Part shown: positions 61,968-64,000 of the stretch, in pieces | Numbering within the stretch: the first letter of the stretch is position 1 | How the letters are laid out: each line of letters begins with the position of its first letter | Assembly (NCBI GenBank): GCA_963815215.1 | Contig: CAWFFU010000011.1 | Location: forward strand, 480,001-544,000 | Direction: 5' to 3' | From: an uncultured Trueperaceae bacterium | GTDB lineage: Bacteria > Deinococcota > Deinococci > Deinococcales > Trueperaceae | DNA: 64,000 bases | Program-made: the position numbers and the translations under genes | The notes under the pieces: model-generated | What the model was told of the DNA's origin: nothing | Databases searched by the model: none | What the model saw: the letters and a program-made list of their open reading frames with translations, nothing else

Positions 61968-62987
61968 CTACTGAATGGCGGCGACCGCCTGCTTGAGGAC
62001 CGGCACGATGCTCTGACCGGCCGCGGCGATCTGTTCGACCTTCGGCTGCTCCTCGGCGCCCTGCATGGGCACGATGATGAGGCCCTGCTTCTTGGCGTCG
62101 GCCAGCAGGCCGGGATCGTGGAGCGCCGCCCACACGGCCGAGCGCATGGCGCTCACGGCGGCCTCGGGCATGCCGGGAGGTCCGAAGAAGCTCCGGTGCA
62201 TGGTGATCATGTTGACGATCGCCTGGACCAGGGTCTTGTCCTGGCCCTGCGTGACCTCGACGGCGGTGGGCACGTTCGGGTAGCCCGCCTCGCGGGCGTC
62301 GCCGATAATCAGGATCGGGCGCAGGTCGCCCGCCTGGATACCTGCCAGCGAGGAGTGCCAGGCCGTGATGTGACCGTCTCCCTCGCCCTTGATGACGGCC
62401 AGGGTGGTGTCGGCGTTGCCCTGGTAGCCGGTGACGGCCTTGAGCTCGAAGTTCAGGGCCTTGGCCAGCACCGCCATGGTGTAGAAGTCCTCGTCGGTAC
62501 CCTGGGTCGGGAAGACGAAGGGGCGGCCCAGGTTCTGGACGTCCTGGATGCTCTTGATCTTCGACTTGCCTCCCACCACCAGCACACGCGCCTCGGTGGC
62601 TGCGCGCCCCAGGTAGATGAACTTGGTGGCGTCGAACTCGACGCCCTTGCTGCCGGAGAGCTGCGCCAGTACCAGTGCCGGCACGCTCGTGAAGGCGATC
62701 GTCATGCCATCAGGCTTGGCGTGCCACAGGTAGTTGGCACCCACCACGCCGCCGGCGCCCTGCATGTTCTTGACGCGCACGTCGGCTGCGCCGAGGTGCT
62801 TGGCGATGTAGGGGGCGATCATGCGGGCGTACTGCGTCATCTGGCCGCTGGGGCTGTTGGGCAGGATCAGGGTGACCGTCTTGCCCTTGTAGTAGTCCGA
62901 GCCGCTCTGGGCCATCGTCATGCCGCCGAAGAGCGCGAGGGCGGCGATCAGCCCAGTCAGGATGTTGAAGCGTGCCTTCCGTCCCAC
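61968..62987 (-). CDS. Tripartite tricarboxylate transporter substrate-binding protein (TctC/Bug)
   Basis: Signal peptide, YYKGKTVTLI, NMQGAGG, PDGMTI, PNVPT, GPPGMP. Confidence 0.85.
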   Translation of the reverse strand: MGRKARFNILTGLIAALALFGGMTMAQSGSDYYKGKTVTLILPNSPSGQMTQYARMIAPYIAKHLGAADVRVKNMQGAGGVVGANYLWHAKPDGMTIAFTSVPALVLAQLSGSKGVEFDATKFIYLGRAATEARVLVVGGKSKIKSIQDVQNLGRPFVFPTQGTDEDFYTMAVLAKALNFELKAVTGYQGNADTTLAVIKGEGDGHITAWHSSLAGIQAGDLRPILIIGDAREAGYPNVPTAVEVTQGQDKTLVQAIVNMITMHRSFFGPPGMPEAAVSAMRSAVWAALHDPGLLADAKKQGLIIVPMQGAEEQPKVEQIAAAGQSIVPVLKQAVAAIQ

Positions 62988-63065
62988 AGTTGCCTCCAGG
63001 TTCAGGTCGTGTCAGTCGTCAGGTCGTCGAACGTCGTACCTTCGCCTCCGCTCCTTCCCGACCGT

Positions 63066-63599
63066 TCAGAACGGTCCCGGCAGGATGCCGTAGTACATCT
63101 GGGTGTTCAGCAGCACGACGAAGAGCAGGTAGAGCGCCCCACTCACGCCGAATGAGAGGGCCAGCACGCTGTACCAGCGCAGCCGCCCGATGACGGCCGC
63201 GTAGCCGAACACGAACAGGAAGATGCCCGTGATGGGGCCGAGCAGCAGCACCAGGCCCAGCAGGATCCCCAGCAACACGAAGGCGACGACCTCGCGGCGG
63301 GCCCGCGTGCCGGGTGGGTGGGCGGTGGCGACGCTCGCCCGCGACGCCCGTGCCTTGTCCGTCAGGCCCTCGCGCGCGCTGCGCCGCGTCAACATCTCCA
63401 GCACGTCGACGTGCAGATCGTCGGGCGAGCCGGTGTTCTGCACCACGAGTTGGGCGATCACCAGGATCAGCGAGAACACCGCCACGGGCACGGGCACCAG
63501 CCGCGAGCGCGGGCCATAGCTCATGCTGACGACGATGACAGCGACCAAGATGCCGGCCAGCACGATGGCGAGGACGTTCTCCTGGGCACGGCGGCTCAC
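63066..63599 (-). CDS. TTT small membrane subunit (TctB-like)
   Basis: Four to five TM helices, between TctA and TctC; GTGA overlap. Confidence 0.7.
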   Translation of the reverse strand: MSRRAQENVLAIVLAGILVAVIVVSMSYGPRSRLVPVPVAVFSLILVIAQLVVQNTGSPDDLHVDVLEMLTRRSAREGLTDKARASRASVATAHPPGTRARREVVAFVLLGILLGLVLLLGPITGIFLFVFGYAAVIGRLRWYSVLALSFGVSGALYLLFVVLLNTQMYYGILPGPF

Positions 63600-64000
63600 G
63601 GCTCCCTCGCTTCCGCGGCCGCCCGCCGGCGCGCCAGGCGCCGACGCACGATCGGGAACGCGGTCGTGAACAGGATGAACAGGAACATGGCCAGCGTGAC
63701 GGGACGCGTGAAGATGAAGGTGGCGCCGTAGAGCGTCAGCGAGATGTGCAGGTCGCGCTCGATCATGGTGGCGAGCACCATGCCGATGACGAAGTCGGCG
63801 CGCGAGTAGTTGTACTTGTCCATGACGTAGCCGACCACCCCGAAGATGGCGGCGACCGCCACGTCGCCGATGCGTCCGTGGGTGGCGTAGGCCCCCATGA
63901 AGCACACCGCCAGCACCGTCGGCACCAGGTAGCGCGACGGCAGCTTGGCCGAGCGCGCCAGCGTCCGGGCGCTCAGCAGCCCGATCACCGTGGTGAGGAT
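63596..64000 (-). CDS. TTT large permease (TctA-like), 3' part only
   Basis: CFMGAY, FGVVGY, FVIGMVLA..IE, FTRP; runs off the window. Confidence 0.8.
   Translation of the reverse strand: MLTTVIGLLSARTLARSAKLPSRYLVPTVLAVCFMGAYATHGRIGDVAVAAIFGVVGYVMDKYNYSRADFVIGMVLATMIERDLHISLTLYGATFIFTRPVTLAMFLFILFTTAFPIVRRRLARRRAAAEAREP

Overview
Very GC-rich bacterial DNA, most consistent with Deinococcota (inference from Thermus-like PsrABC, 7Fe ferredoxin, LysW-like protein, V/A-ATPase and leaderless genes with TANNNT 6 nt before ATG). No rRNA, tRNA, CRISPR array or transposase was recognised. The first ~42 kb is dominated by what looks like a low-oxygen/dormancy island. It holds five universal stress protein genes, a NarL-type two-component pair, a flavodoxin, an orphan LysW-like protein, a polysulfide-reductase-type operon (chaperone-psrABC-rhodanese) divergent from a complete [NiFe]-hydrogenase maturation operon with no hydrogenase in the window, pgm, a K+-independent H+-PPase, a 7Fe ferredoxin, and a USP / aeRF1-like factor / V-A-ATPase / USP operon. 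Six promoters in this region share a DosR-box-like 14-mer 23-24 nt upstream of a -10-like hexamer. The right part holds rbsKD, a single-ORF MurT-GatD fusion, a cysteine hydrolase / GH63-like / polyamine-type ABC operon, and a TTT transporter / LVIVD / AprA-AsfA-like flavoprotein / ferredoxin / creatininase / cupin operon of unknown substrate. Two intergenic regions (7.5 kb, 29.6-30.0 kb) look like small-RNA loci. All calls come from motif recognition by eye; no searches were run.
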